A stretch of DNA of 30,641 nt. Source: a candidate division WOR-3 bacterium (GTDB lineage Bacteria; Hydrothermota; Tepidihabitantia; Tepidihabitantales; Tepidihabitantaceae). The DNA lies in NCBI GenBank assembly GCA_965649225.1, contig CBFGJX010000025.1, positions 1-30,641 on the forward strand. Direction: 5' to 3'. Below the pieces are notes generated by a model. That model was not told where the DNA came from. It searched no databases and saw nothing but the letters and a program-made list of their open reading frames with translations. Position numbers and translations under genes: made by a program. Shown piece after piece: positions 17,334-26,204 of this stretch (position 1 is its first letter; each line of letters starts with the position of its first letter).

Positions 17334-18716
17334 ATGATCAAGTTCAAGCCCGGGAACCTGCGCGTGCCGCAGTTCCAACGCCCGGTATATGTGGTCGCCG
17401 CCGGCACTACAGACTACCGCAAACACTACCCTGAGTACAAGCTCGAAGAGCTGACGATGATGGCCTTCAAAATGCTGCTCGAGGAAAATCACCTCAAAAT
17501 GCCGCCACTGGATGTGAAGGGGCTCATCAACATGGCGGTGTACGGCGACTTCGCCGACCACTTCCAGGATCAGCTACTCTGCGAAGCCAAGGTTCATGAC
17601 TACCTCGGTCTCGACCCGTTACCCAACGTCTCGGTCAAGACCGGCGGCGCCACCGGAGGTTATGCCGTTCTCATCGGCGCCAACACCATCGCATCCGGCT
17701 ACTCTAACTGTACCCTGGTACTCGGTTGGGAGCGAATGGACGAAGTCGACACCCGCACCGGCAACTTCTACATCTCAACTGCAGCCTGCAAGGACTTCGA
17801 GACCCGCATGGCCCGAATGTATGCCAGCTACTACGCGCCGATGGCTCGGCGGTTTGCCCACATATTTCAGGTCAAGGAAGAAGTACGCGCCGCAATCGCG
17901 GTCAAGAACCGGCTCTACGCCTGCTCATCCCCCTTCGCTCAGCAACCCGGCAAGCATACCGTGGAAGAAGTACTCGCCGGACGCATCGTCTGCGACCCGC
18001 TCAGAATGCTTGAGTGTTGTGCAATGAGTGTCGGCTCTGCCGCGCTGCTGTTGTGCGACGAGGAAACCGCCTACCGTCTGAGCGATAGCCCGATGCGGCT
18101 GCAGATTGCCGGCGGCACCCACACCCTGCGTGTTGCCGACCGCCGCAATATGGAAGTCCCTCTTCTCCCTAACGAAGAGCCAGGCATGTACGACTGGATG
18201 GAAAAGAAGTACCACGAGCCGTACCCCGGCTTTCAGAGCTTCCTCGCCTCACGCTTTGCCGCCTACATGGCCTACCGGATGGCTGGCATCTACGACCCGA
18301 TGGAAGACCTCGATCTTGTCGAGCTCCACGACGCCTTCACCATTTCCGACCTGCAGACCTACGGCGACATCGGACTGCGCCCGTACGGCCGTGAAGAGGA
18401 GTACATCACCTCGGGCGACGCCTACCTCGGTGGTCGCTGCCCGTCAAATCTTTCCGGCGGCCTGTTGGGTACGATGCATGCAGTCGGCGCGACCGGCATT
18501 TTCCAGGGCGCCGAGTGCTTCTGGCAGCTTCAGGGCCGCTACGACGAAATCCACGGCGACCCGAAGATGTGGACCCGCTACGGCAAGCAGAAGCCCAAGG
18601 ACTGGAAGTCGCTACAGATTCCGCGGCGACGCCGCGCCCTGTGGATTTCCCACGCCGGCGTCGGTTCCCACGTTACCTGCGGCATCCTTGAAAACCCTGA
18701 GCAGGTGAAAGGTTAG
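17334..18716 (+). CDS. Thiolase-fold (SCP2/archaeal-type) protein lacking the nucleophilic Cys
   Basis: AGGAGG RBS then ATG 17334. Motifs GWERM, AVKNR..A, ELHDAFT, NLSGGLLG.MHAVGATG; KTGGATGG stands in place of the usual xxACASG. Confidence 0.88.
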   Translation: MIKFKPGNLRVPQFQRPVYVVAAGTTDYRKHYPEYKLEELTMMAFKMLLEENHLKMPPLDVKGLINMAVYGDFADHFQDQLLCEAKVHDYLGLDPLPNVSVKTGGATGGYAVLIGANTIASGYSNCTLVLGWERMDEVDTRTGNFYISTAACKDFETRMARMYASYYAPMARRFAHIFQVKEEVRAAIAVKNRLYACSSPFAQQPGKHTVEEVLAGRIVCDPLRMLECCAMSVGSAALLLCDEETAYRLSDSPMRLQIAGGTHTLRVADRRNMEVPLLPNEEPGMYDWMEKKYHEPYPGFQSFLASRFAAYMAYRMAGIYDPMEDLDLVELHDAFTISDLQTYGDIGLRPYGREEEYITSGDAYLGGRCPSNLSGGLLGTMHAVGATGIFQGAECFWQLQGRYDEIHGDPKMWTRYGKQKPKDWKSLQIPRRRRALWISHAGVGSHVTCGILENPEQVKG

Positions 18717-18724
18717 GGAAGGCA

Positions 18725-19294
18725 ATGAAAAAGACGAAGAAAGACCCGAAAAGACTCAGTGTGGCGACAACCAAAGCACACAAGAAAAAGCCAACGACCA
18801 AGCCGAAGGCATCCGACACAGTCAGATTGACCGGTCAACCGATGGTGGTCGAAAAAACCAAGCCGGCGATGGTCATTCAGTGGCCACGAACCATCGTTCA
18901 CCACCACACCTACGGCCTGCTGTCACCATTCTTTGAGGGACTGAAAAAGGGCAAACTGATGGCGACGAAATGCCCGACCAAGGGCTGTGAACCAGGTCTG
19001 TGGCTGCCACCGCGCGCCGACTGTCCCGACTGCCACGCCCGGATGAAGTGGGTCGAACTCAAGAACCCGGTCATCGGCGAAATCTTCACCTTTACGCACG
19101 TCGAGTATCCCGGCCATGGCATCGAAATCTCCTATCCCTACTACCAGATCGACGTCAAGATACCCGGCGTCTGCACCACAATGAAAGGTTACCTTGCCAA
19201 GGGCAAGGCCGAGATAGGAATGAAGGTCAAAGCCTGTTTCCGAACCAGGGGCTCCACCAACACGATCCTCGACCTCTATTGGGTGCCGGCCTGA
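18725..19294 (+). CDS. DUF35-type Zn-ribbon + OB-fold protein (acyl-CoA-binding thiolase partner)
   Basis: PFFEGLKKGKL..KCPTKGC...PPRADCPDC, then an OB fold (G.IFTFT.V...PY...V); Lys-rich N-terminal extension; 8 nt after the thiolase stop. Confidence 0.88.
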   Translation: MKKTKKDPKRLSVATTKAHKKKPTTKPKASDTVRLTGQPMVVEKTKPAMVIQWPRTIVHHHTYGLLSPFFEGLKKGKLMATKCPTKGCEPGLWLPPRADCPDCHARMKWVELKNPVIGEIFTFTHVEYPGHGIEISYPYYQIDVKIPGVCTTMKGYLAKGKAEIGMKVKACFRTRGSTNTILDLYWVPA

Positions 19295-19332
19295 CGGGGC
19301 CCGGCTGCAAAGGATAACCGACCCTACCGATT

Positions 19333-19368
19333 CCGGCTGCCCGGCAAATGCCGGGCAGCCGGCTTTGT
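19333..19368 (+). terminator. Intrinsic terminator after the DUF35 gene
   Basis: CCGGCTGCCCGGCA-AA-TGCCGGGCAGCCGG followed by CTTTGT. Confidence 0.7.
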
Positions 19369-19577
19369 AGCTGCACATCAGTCTCAACGCCCATACCGAA
19401 ACGGCCAACCCCTCTGAATCGGGCCACTCGAGGCTTCAAAATCCGGCTCCCAGCCAAGCCGCGTGCGCCTCAGCCGGCATGAAACCGGAAGTGTCGTATC
19501 GCCGAAAAACTGCAGTCCCAGCAACGACACGAGAGTGGCAGCGCTGAGCTGCCACCTTACCGATTACTTGGTTACTA

Positions 19578-19605
19578 TTGACAGAGCGAACCGAGCTGCT
19601 AAATT
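19578..19605 (+). promoter_or_regulatory. Sigma70 promoter candidate for the TRL-like lipoprotein
   Basis: TTGACA-16 nt-TAAATT with extended TGn. Confidence 0.6.
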
Positions 19606-19673
19606 ACCCCGTGTCTTCAGGACACTACAGCAAGGTAACGCCTGTGAGTACGACTCAAAAGGAGGTCTGCAGC

Positions 19674-20009
19674 ATGAGGCGTATCGCTTTGATCGGCATC
19701 CTTGCCGTCAGCCTGTTCTCATTTACCGGCTGCGGCGCTCTGATAGCCATGGGCGGCGGTGGAACGCTCTACCAGGACACCAAAATTCCGTCCGGTGCCG
19801 TTGCCTACTACGGTGCAACCACCAACAGCATGAGCAAAATCGGCAAGGCATCGGCAACGTCAATCCTCGGCATACTGCTTACTGGCGACGCCGGCCTTGA
19901 GGCAGCGATGAGAGCCGGCAACATCACCAAGCTGCACCATGTTGACGTCCAGCTGACCAACATACTCGGCATCATCGCAACCTACACGACGATCGCCTAC
20001 GGCGAGTAG
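19674..20009 (+). CDS. TRL-like family lipoprotein
   Basis: AAGGAGG RBS, lipobox FTGC, and the pattern SILG...TGDA.LEAA...GNITKLHHVD....ILG......TIAYGE. Confidence 0.8.
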   Translation: MRRIALIGILAVSLFSFTGCGALIAMGGGGTLYQDTKIPSGAVAYYGATTNSMSKIGKASATSILGILLTGDAGLEAAMRAGNITKLHHVDVQLTNILGIIATYTTIAYGE

Positions 20010-20028
20010 CAGCGCCGTCATTACTCTC

Positions 20029-20057
20029 GGCAGGGGCCAGATGGCCCCTGCCCTTTT
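20029..20057 (+). terminator. Intrinsic terminator
   Basis: GGCAGGGGCC-AGAT-GGCCCCTGCC-CTTTT. Confidence 0.8.
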
Positions 20058-20066
20058 CGGTCAGCC

Positions 20067-20095
20067 TTGAATCAGACTGCTGTACCGTTTATCAT
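20067..20095 (+). promoter_or_regulatory. Sigma70 promoter candidate (leaderless geometry) for PMM/PGM
   Basis: TTGAAT-17 nt-TATCAT, 5 nt before GTG 20101. Confidence 0.6.
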
Positions 20096-20100
20096 CAACC

Positions 20101-21465
20101 GTGAATCCTAACATTTTCCGCGAGTACGACATCCGCGGCATCGCCGCAACCGATCTGAGCGACGACGTTGTCTTTCAGCTCGGCCAGGCCTATGGCAGCT
20201 ACATCCTCGATCAGGGAATCACCCGCTGCGTCATCGCCCGCGACGCACGCCTTTCCGGCCCCCGGATCATTCGTGCCCTCGGCGATGGCATCCGCTCAAC
20301 CGGAGTGGACACGGTCGACATTGGCATGGTGCCAACCCCGGTATTCTATTTCTCTTTCTTTCACCTCGATGCCAATGCCGGCATGATGGTCACTGCCAGC
20401 CACAACCCACCGGAATTCAACGGCTTCAAAATCGGCCTCAACAAAACGACCATTTACGGTGCTGAAATCCAGCGGTTGCGCACTATCGCCGAGGCGGGAC
20501 GATTCCGCGCCGGCCGCGGCCGCGCCGAGGCACTCGACGTCATGCCCGATTACGTCGCGCTGCTCCGTTCAAAGTTTACCATTAGCCGGGAACTGTCGGT
20601 TGTATACGACCCGGGCAACGGCACCGCCGGCGTCCTGCTCGAACAACTGTTCGCCAACACGAAAGTCAGACCGCAGTTCATCAATCTGCAACCCGACGGC
20701 AACTTCCCGGCCCACATTCCCGACCCAACCGTTCCCCAGTACATGAACCAGTGCATTGAGCTGGTCCGGAAAACCGGCGCCGACTGCGGCATCGGTTACG
20801 ACGGTGACGCCGACCGGATCGGTGCGGTTGATGAAAACGGTACGATGGTCTATGGCGACAAGCTTCTTGGCATCTTCGCCGCCGACGTGCTCAGACGCAG
20901 ACCCGGCTCCCCAATCGTCTTCGAAGTCAAATGCTCGCAGGGACTGGTCGAGTACCTCGAATCTCTCGGCGGCAGGCCGGTGATGTACAAGACCGGCCAC
21001 TCGCTCATCAAGGCCAAGATGAAGGAAATGCACGCGCCGCTCGCCGGTGAGATGTCCGGTCACATGTTCTTTGCCGACGACTACTACGGTTACGACGACG
21101 CAATATTCGCCTCACTTCGCCTGTTGCAGATAATGGCCGATTCGGGCGAGAAGCTGTCAACCCTTGCCGGCCGAATTCCTTCCTATCACTCAACCCCGGA
21201 AATCAGAGTCGACTGTCCGGATGAGCACAAGTTCAGAATCGTCGATCAGCTGGCCGCCTGGTTCAAGCAAAGCCACGAAGTCATCGACATCGACGGTGCC
21301 CGTGTCGTTTTCCCGGACGGCTGGGGACTGGTCAGGGCCTCCAACACCCAGCCGATTCTCGTCCTGCGCTTTGAAGCACGCACACCCGAGCGGCTGGCCG
21401 AAATCCGCCGCCTTTTCTACGAGCGGTTGCGTGCCTTCCCGCAGGTGAGCCTGCCGGCCGAATAG
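20101..21465 (+). CDS. Phosphomannomutase/phosphoglucomutase
   Basis: IFREYDIRG, TASHNP, DGDADR, GEMSGH and RASNT motifs. Confidence 0.96.
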   Translation: MNPNIFREYDIRGIAATDLSDDVVFQLGQAYGSYILDQGITRCVIARDARLSGPRIIRALGDGIRSTGVDTVDIGMVPTPVFYFSFFHLDANAGMMVTASHNPPEFNGFKIGLNKTTIYGAEIQRLRTIAEAGRFRAGRGRAEALDVMPDYVALLRSKFTISRELSVVYDPGNGTAGVLLEQLFANTKVRPQFINLQPDGNFPAHIPDPTVPQYMNQCIELVRKTGADCGIGYDGDADRIGAVDENGTMVYGDKLLGIFAADVLRRRPGSPIVFEVKCSQGLVEYLESLGGRPVMYKTGHSLIKAKMKEMHAPLAGEMSGHMFFADDYYGYDDAIFASLRLLQIMADSGEKLSTLAGRIPSYHSTPEIRVDCPDEHKFRIVDQLAAWFKQSHEVIDIDGARVVFPDGWGLVRASNTQPILVLRFEARTPERLAEIRRLFYERLRAFPQVSLPAE

Positions 21466-21473
21466 ACGCTTCG

Positions 21474-22250
21474 GTGTCGCAGCGAATCAAGCGGATTCAC
21501 CGCGCGACTGCACCGGTGCTCAACAGCCGGCTGCTCGCCGACGGCGAACGCATTGTCGTTGGCGTGTCCGGCGGCGCCGACAGTCTTTGCCTGCTTCATC
21601 TTCTGCTCGACCGCTCGCGCCGCCACCGCGCCAACTGGGACATCACCGCCGTTCACATCGATCCCGGGTTCGGCTGGTGGAACCCGGAAAGGGTGAACAG
21701 AATCTGTCACCGTCTCGGTGTCGCCTGTCGGGTAATCCGGCTGCAGCCGCACCCCGGCCTGTCGGGCGACAGCCCTGACTGCTTCTGGTGTTCCCGAGCC
21801 CGCCGGCGCGCACTCTTTGAGGCAACCAGCGAGTTCGGCGCCACAAAACTGGCGCTCGGCCACCATCTTGAGGACATCAACGAGACCTTTCTCATCAATC
21901 TCGCCTACGCATCATCCGGCGCCACAATGCTGCCGGAACAACCACTCTTCGGCGGCGCCATCTGCATTCTCCGCCCCCTGTATCGAATCACCGAAGACGA
22001 CATCCGCTACTACCTGCGACACTTCGGCATCAGGGCCGTCCGCAATCGCTGCCCGAATGCAACCACCGGCGCCCGGACAATGATACGGCGGTTTCTCAAA
22101 CGCCTCTATCGATCCGACCCCCGCACCCGAAGCAACATTTTCACCGGAATCCACAACCTGAAACCGCACTACCTTCCCAGCGCCGACACTACGGCAGCCG
22201 AGAATCTATCCGACACGGCATCCGGCCGGCCCCGGCGCCACAAAAACTGA
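21474..22250 (+). CDS. ttcA: TtcA-like PP-loop tRNA thiolation protein
   Basis: PP-loop SGGADS, HIDPG, CFWCSRARR, LGHHLED, RPL and RCP motifs. Confidence 0.75.
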   Translation: MSQRIKRIHRATAPVLNSRLLADGERIVVGVSGGADSLCLLHLLLDRSRRHRANWDITAVHIDPGFGWWNPERVNRICHRLGVACRVIRLQPHPGLSGDSPDCFWCSRARRRALFEATSEFGATKLALGHHLEDINETFLINLAYASSGATMLPEQPLFGGAICILRPLYRITEDDIRYYLRHFGIRAVRNRCPNATTGARTMIRRFLKRLYRSDPRTRSNIFTGIHNLKPHYLPSADTTAAENLSDTASGRPRRHKN

Positions 22251-22286
22251 GCGGGGCGGCAACAACCGCCCCGCTGTGGACTTTTT
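22250..22286. terminator. Hairpin terminator between convergent genes
   Basis: AGCGGGGCGG-CAACAA-CCGCCCCGCT with T-runs close by on both strands. Confidence 0.65.
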
Positions 22287-22292
22287 ATCAGT

Positions 22293-24194
22293 CTACTGCT
22301 CTTTCGTTCTCACTCCCAGCATTTCAACGGCGCGCCGAACTTCGTCAACCGAAGCACCGTCCTCGAGCGTCGTCAGGTCACCGATTTTGGCGCCTTCGAC
22401 AATTCCCTTCAACACCCGGCGCATTACTTTACCGGAACGGGTCTTGGGCAACATCTTCACAAACTCGACGTCACGGGGCGCGGCAATCGCGCCAATCTTT
22501 TCCCGGACAAGATTGATGATTGAACGCCGGGTCTCATCGGTCGGTTCCTGCCCCTGCTTGAGGACAACGAACGAGACAATCGCCTGTCCCTTCAGCTCAT
22601 CGGCCACACCGATTGCGCTGGCTTCGGCCACCGCCGGATGACCGGAAATCACTTCCTCCACTTCGCGCGTGCCCAGCCGGTGTCCGGCGATATTGATCAC
22701 TTCATCGGCCCGTCCCAGCACCCAGAAGTAGCCTTCTTCATCCCGGATTGCGAAATCACCGGTATAGAACAACAGCTTTCCCGGAAAATGCTTCCAGTAA
22801 GTCTGCTGATAACGTTCATCGTCGCCCCACAGGGTCAAAAACGTTCCTGGCGGCAGTGGCGGACGGACGACCAGCAGCCCGCGCTGACCAGCCGGGACTT
22901 CCTCGCCGTTCTCATTGACGACAACAAGGTCCCAGCCATAGACCGGCCGGGTCGGAGAACCAGGCTTGAACGGCAGCAGCTCGACACCGGGCATGTTCGA
23001 CAACATCGGCCAGCCGCTCTCGGTCTGCCAGTAATGGTCAATTACCGGCCGGCCCAGGGCATCCTTTGCCCACTGCCAGGTCGGCTCATCGAGCGGCTCG
23101 CCGGCGAGAAAAATGTAGCGTAGCGCCGACAGGTCGTGTTTGGTGAACCAGTCAGCAGGGAACCGGCGCAGCATCCGCATGGCGGTGGGCGACGAGAACA
23201 TCACGTTGACCCGATGCTTCTCGCAGACATGCCACCAGATCCCGGGGTCAGGATAGTCGGGCGTCCCTTCAAACACCACTGTCGTCAGCCCGGCCAGCAG
23301 CGGACCGTAGCAGACATAGGAATGTCCTACCGTCCACCCAAAATCCGACGTCGAAAAGTAGACGTCGCCGTCTTTGGTGCCGTAAATGAGCGGCATCGAG
23401 GCGGCCAGCGCCACCGCGTGCCCGCCGGTATCGCGGACGACGCCCTTCGGTTTGCCGGTTGTGCCGGAAGTGTAGAGCATGTAAAGCGGATGTTCACTCT
23501 CAACCGGCAGACACTCAACTGTCCTGCCCCGGCAGGCCGCCATCTCATCGGCCCAGAGTCTGTCCCGTCCGGGAACCTTCTGCCACTGATTGATACCCCG
23601 GTCGAGCACAATCACCACCGGCACCTTGTTCTTGGCCAGGGCCAGCGCCTTGTCGGTGATTCCCTTCAGATCGACCTTCTTCTGTTTGCGCAGACCGCCG
23701 TCGGCACAGACCACAAGTTTGACCCCGGCGTCGTCGATTCGGTCGGCAAGCGACTCGATGCTGAACCCGGCGAACACAACCGTATGGATTGCACCAATCC
23801 GGGCACAGGCGAGCATGGCGACCATCGTCTCCGGCACCATCGGCAGGTAGATTAGCACCCGGTCACCCTTGCCAATGCCGTGACTCTTGAGCACGGCGGC
23901 GAAGGCATTGACCTCATCGTACAACTCGCGATAGGTAATACTGCGACTGAGTCCGGTTTCCGGGCTTTCCCAGATAACCGCAACCCGGTCACCGCGCCCG
24001 GCAAGCACATGCCGGTCAACGGCATTGTAGCACATGTTGGTCAGGCCACCGACAAACCAGCGATAGAAAGGCTCCCGGCTGCGGTCGATTGCCGTCTGCC
24101 ATCGGCGGAACCAGTGCAGTCGCTCGGCCTGCTCAGACCAGAAGCCCTCCGGGTCAGCAAGCGCCCGGCGCGTAACCTCATCGTACCTGCCCAT
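22293..24194 (-). CDS. prpE: Propionate/acetate--CoA ligase (PrpE/Acs family)
   Basis: YTSGTTGKPKG, DHYWQTESG, GRADEVINIAGHRLGT and LPKTRSGK motifs; AGGAGG RBS. PrpE versus Acs is judged by eye. Confidence 0.85.
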   Translation of the reverse strand: MGRYDEVTRRALADPEGFWSEQAERLHWFRRWQTAIDRSREPFYRWFVGGLTNMCYNAVDRHVLAGRGDRVAVIWESPETGLSRSITYRELYDEVNAFAAVLKSHGIGKGDRVLIYLPMVPETMVAMLACARIGAIHTVVFAGFSIESLADRIDDAGVKLVVCADGGLRKQKKVDLKGITDKALALAKNKVPVVIVLDRGINQWQKVPGRDRLWADEMAACRGRTVECLPVESEHPLYMLYTSGTTGKPKGVVRDTGGHAVALAASMPLIYGTKDGDVYFSTSDFGWTVGHSYVCYGPLLAGLTTVVFEGTPDYPDPGIWWHVCEKHRVNVMFSSPTAMRMLRRFPADWFTKHDLSALRYIFLAGEPLDEPTWQWAKDALGRPVIDHYWQTESGWPMLSNMPGVELLPFKPGSPTRPVYGWDLVVVNENGEEVPAGQRGLLVVRPPLPPGTFLTLWGDDERYQQTYWKHFPGKLLFYTGDFAIRDEEGYFWVLGRADEVINIAGHRLGTREVEEVISGHPAVAEASAIGVADELKGQAIVSFVVLKQGQEPTDETRRSIINLVREKIGAIAAPRDVEFVKMLPKTRSGKVMRRVLKGIVEGAKIGDLTTLEDGASVDEVRRAVEMLGVRTKEQ

Positions 24195-24254
24195 CTCAAT
24201 CCTCCTGATAAGTTGTCATTGCGGCTGGCGCCACCCTAGGGTAACGCCGTCAGA

Positions 24255-26204
24255 CTACAGCGGCTCGACCAGTACGAGCGGCTGACCGTACTCTACCGAC
24301 TCACCATCTTCAACCAGAATCTCCAGAATCCGGCACTTTTTCTCGGCCTGGATTTCGTTCATCAGCTTCATCGCCTCGACGACACAAAGCGTTTGCCCGG
24401 CTTCAACAACATCGCCCTTCTCAATAAACGGCGGAGACTCGGGCCGGGGACGCAGATAGAACGTCCCGACCATCGGCGAGCGAATCTCTTCACCGGCAGC
24501 AGCGGCCGGTGCAGTCTTTGTCGGTTCGGCTTTCGGCTCGGCAGCCGGCGTTACGGCCGCCGGTTGTGGCGCAGGCCGGTCGGGAGCAGTGACAGCCACC
24601 GGCTGGGGGGCTGCAGTTTGAGCACCACCGTTGCGTCGGATTCTCACCCGCTCTGCCCCGCTCTCCCATTCAAACTCGGTCACGTCGTGCGCCGCGACGA
24701 CCTCAACAATCTCACGCAGCCGCCCGACTGCCGGGTCAACCACTGGCGCCGGCGCTGATGCCGGCTCCGGCCTGGTCGCCGGCTCAGACCGAACCGGCGG
24801 CTTCTGTTCAACTGCCGCCTCAACCGCCTTCGGGTCGCGCCGCCACTGGAAAAACTTCAAAGCCACTTCCGGGAACAAAGCATAGGAGAGATAATCCTCT
24901 TCACTCTTCACCAGGTCCCGGGAAAGTTCCTTGCGCACCCGCGGCATCATCGGTTCGAGCAGATCGGCCGGACGCCCCTTCACCGGCTTCTCATCCCCCA
25001 GAATCCGCCGCATCAGGTCCTCGGCGATTGACGCCGGCGGACGACCATACAGCCCTTTGACGTAGTCTTTCACTTCCTTCGGCACGAGCTTGTAGCGGCC
25101 GCCGCTCAACACGTTCATCACTGCCTGGACTCCGACAATCTGGCTCGTCGGCGTGACCAGCGGCGGAAACCCGAGTTCCTCACGCACTTTCGGCACCTCG
25201 GCCAGAACCTCGGCCAGCCGGGACTCGGCCTTCTGTTCGCGCAACTGCGCCTGCAGATTCGAGGCCATCCCTCCCGGTATCTGGTGAATGATCACCATCG
25301 CATCAACCACCTTTGGCAAAGGCACGCACTGGCGTTCGGCAACTGTCTCGAAGTGCTTCTCAACTTTCTCCATTGCTTCGAGGTCGAGCCTGGGGTCGCG
25401 TTCCGTGCCGGCAAAACAGGCAGCCATCGTCTCACCTGCCGGCTGCGAGGTCATGAACGCCAGCGGCGCTGCCGCAGTGTCAATTGCATCACAACCCGCC
25501 TCGGCCGCCTTGACGTAGGCCGCCACCGCCATACCGCTTGAGGCATGACAGTGAACCTGTACCGGCAGGCCGATTTCCTGTCTCAGCGCCGTCACCAGCT
25601 CAAAGGCAATCGTCGGCGAAAGGATACCGGCCATGTCCTTGATGCAGATCGAATCGACCCCCATCTCCTTCTGTTCCCGGGCGCGGTCAAGATAGTACTC
25701 AACCGTATGAACCGGGCTGATGGCATAGCACAGCGTCCCCTGGGCATGTTTGCCCTGTTTTTTCACGCAGGCAATCGCGTGCTCAAGATTGCGGGGGTCA
25801 TTCAGGGCATCAAAAACCCGATAGATATCGATTCCACGCTCAGCCGAACGGGCAACAAACTCTTCCAGAACATCATCGGGATAGTTGCGGTAGCCGACGA
25901 CGTTCTGCCCCCGCAGCAACATCTGCAGTCTAGTGTTCTTCACCCGGGCCCGGATAGCACTCAGGCGCTCCCACGGGTCCTCGTTCAGATAACGCATACA
26001 GACATCAAAAGTCGCCCCGCCCCACATTTCCAGAGACCAGTAGCCTACCCGGTCAAGGTGTTCAAGAACCGGCAACATGTCTTCCAACCGCATCCGGGTA
26101 GCCCACAACGACTGATGAGCATCACGCAGAGTGGTGTCGGTGAACTTGAGCGGCCCCGAAACCACCTGCGGGGCGGTCTCCTTTTTAGTCGGCTTTGCGT
26201 CCAT
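24255..26204 (-). CDS. Pyruvate/oxaloacetate carboxyltransferase (PycB/OadA-like) fused to an AccB-like biotin carboxyl carrier
   Basis: RDAHQSL, WGGATFD, IKDMAG, HCH, PGGM and PPLVTPTSQIVG motifs; C-terminal IRSPMVGTFY...EAMKLMNEI biotinyl domain. Confidence 0.92.
   Translation of the reverse strand: MDAKPTKKETAPQVVSGPLKFTDTTLRDAHQSLWATRMRLEDMLPVLEHLDRVGYWSLEMWGGATFDVCMRYLNEDPWERLSAIRARVKNTRLQMLLRGQNVVGYRNYPDDVLEEFVARSAERGIDIYRVFDALNDPRNLEHAIACVKKQGKHAQGTLCYAISPVHTVEYYLDRAREQKEMGVDSICIKDMAGILSPTIAFELVTALRQEIGLPVQVHCHASSGMAVAAYVKAAEAGCDAIDTAAAPLAFMTSQPAGETMAACFAGTERDPRLDLEAMEKVEKHFETVAERQCVPLPKVVDAMVIIHQIPGGMASNLQAQLREQKAESRLAEVLAEVPKVREELGFPPLVTPTSQIVGVQAVMNVLSGGRYKLVPKEVKDYVKGLYGRPPASIAEDLMRRILGDEKPVKGRPADLLEPMMPRVRKELSRDLVKSEEDYLSYALFPEVALKFFQWRRDPKAVEAAVEQKPPVRSEPATRPEPASAPAPVVDPAVGRLREIVEVVAAHDVTEFEWESGAERVRIRRNGGAQTAAPQPVAVTAPDRPAPQPAAVTPAAEPKAEPTKTAPAAAAGEEIRSPMVGTFYLRPRPESPPFIEKGDVVEAGQTLCVVEAMKLMNEIQAEKKCRILEILVEDGESVEYGQPLVLVEPL

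Noticed and set aside
19295..19673. tRNA next to the TRL-like gene
   Set aside because: No cloverleaf or T-loop (GTTCRA) found on either strand.
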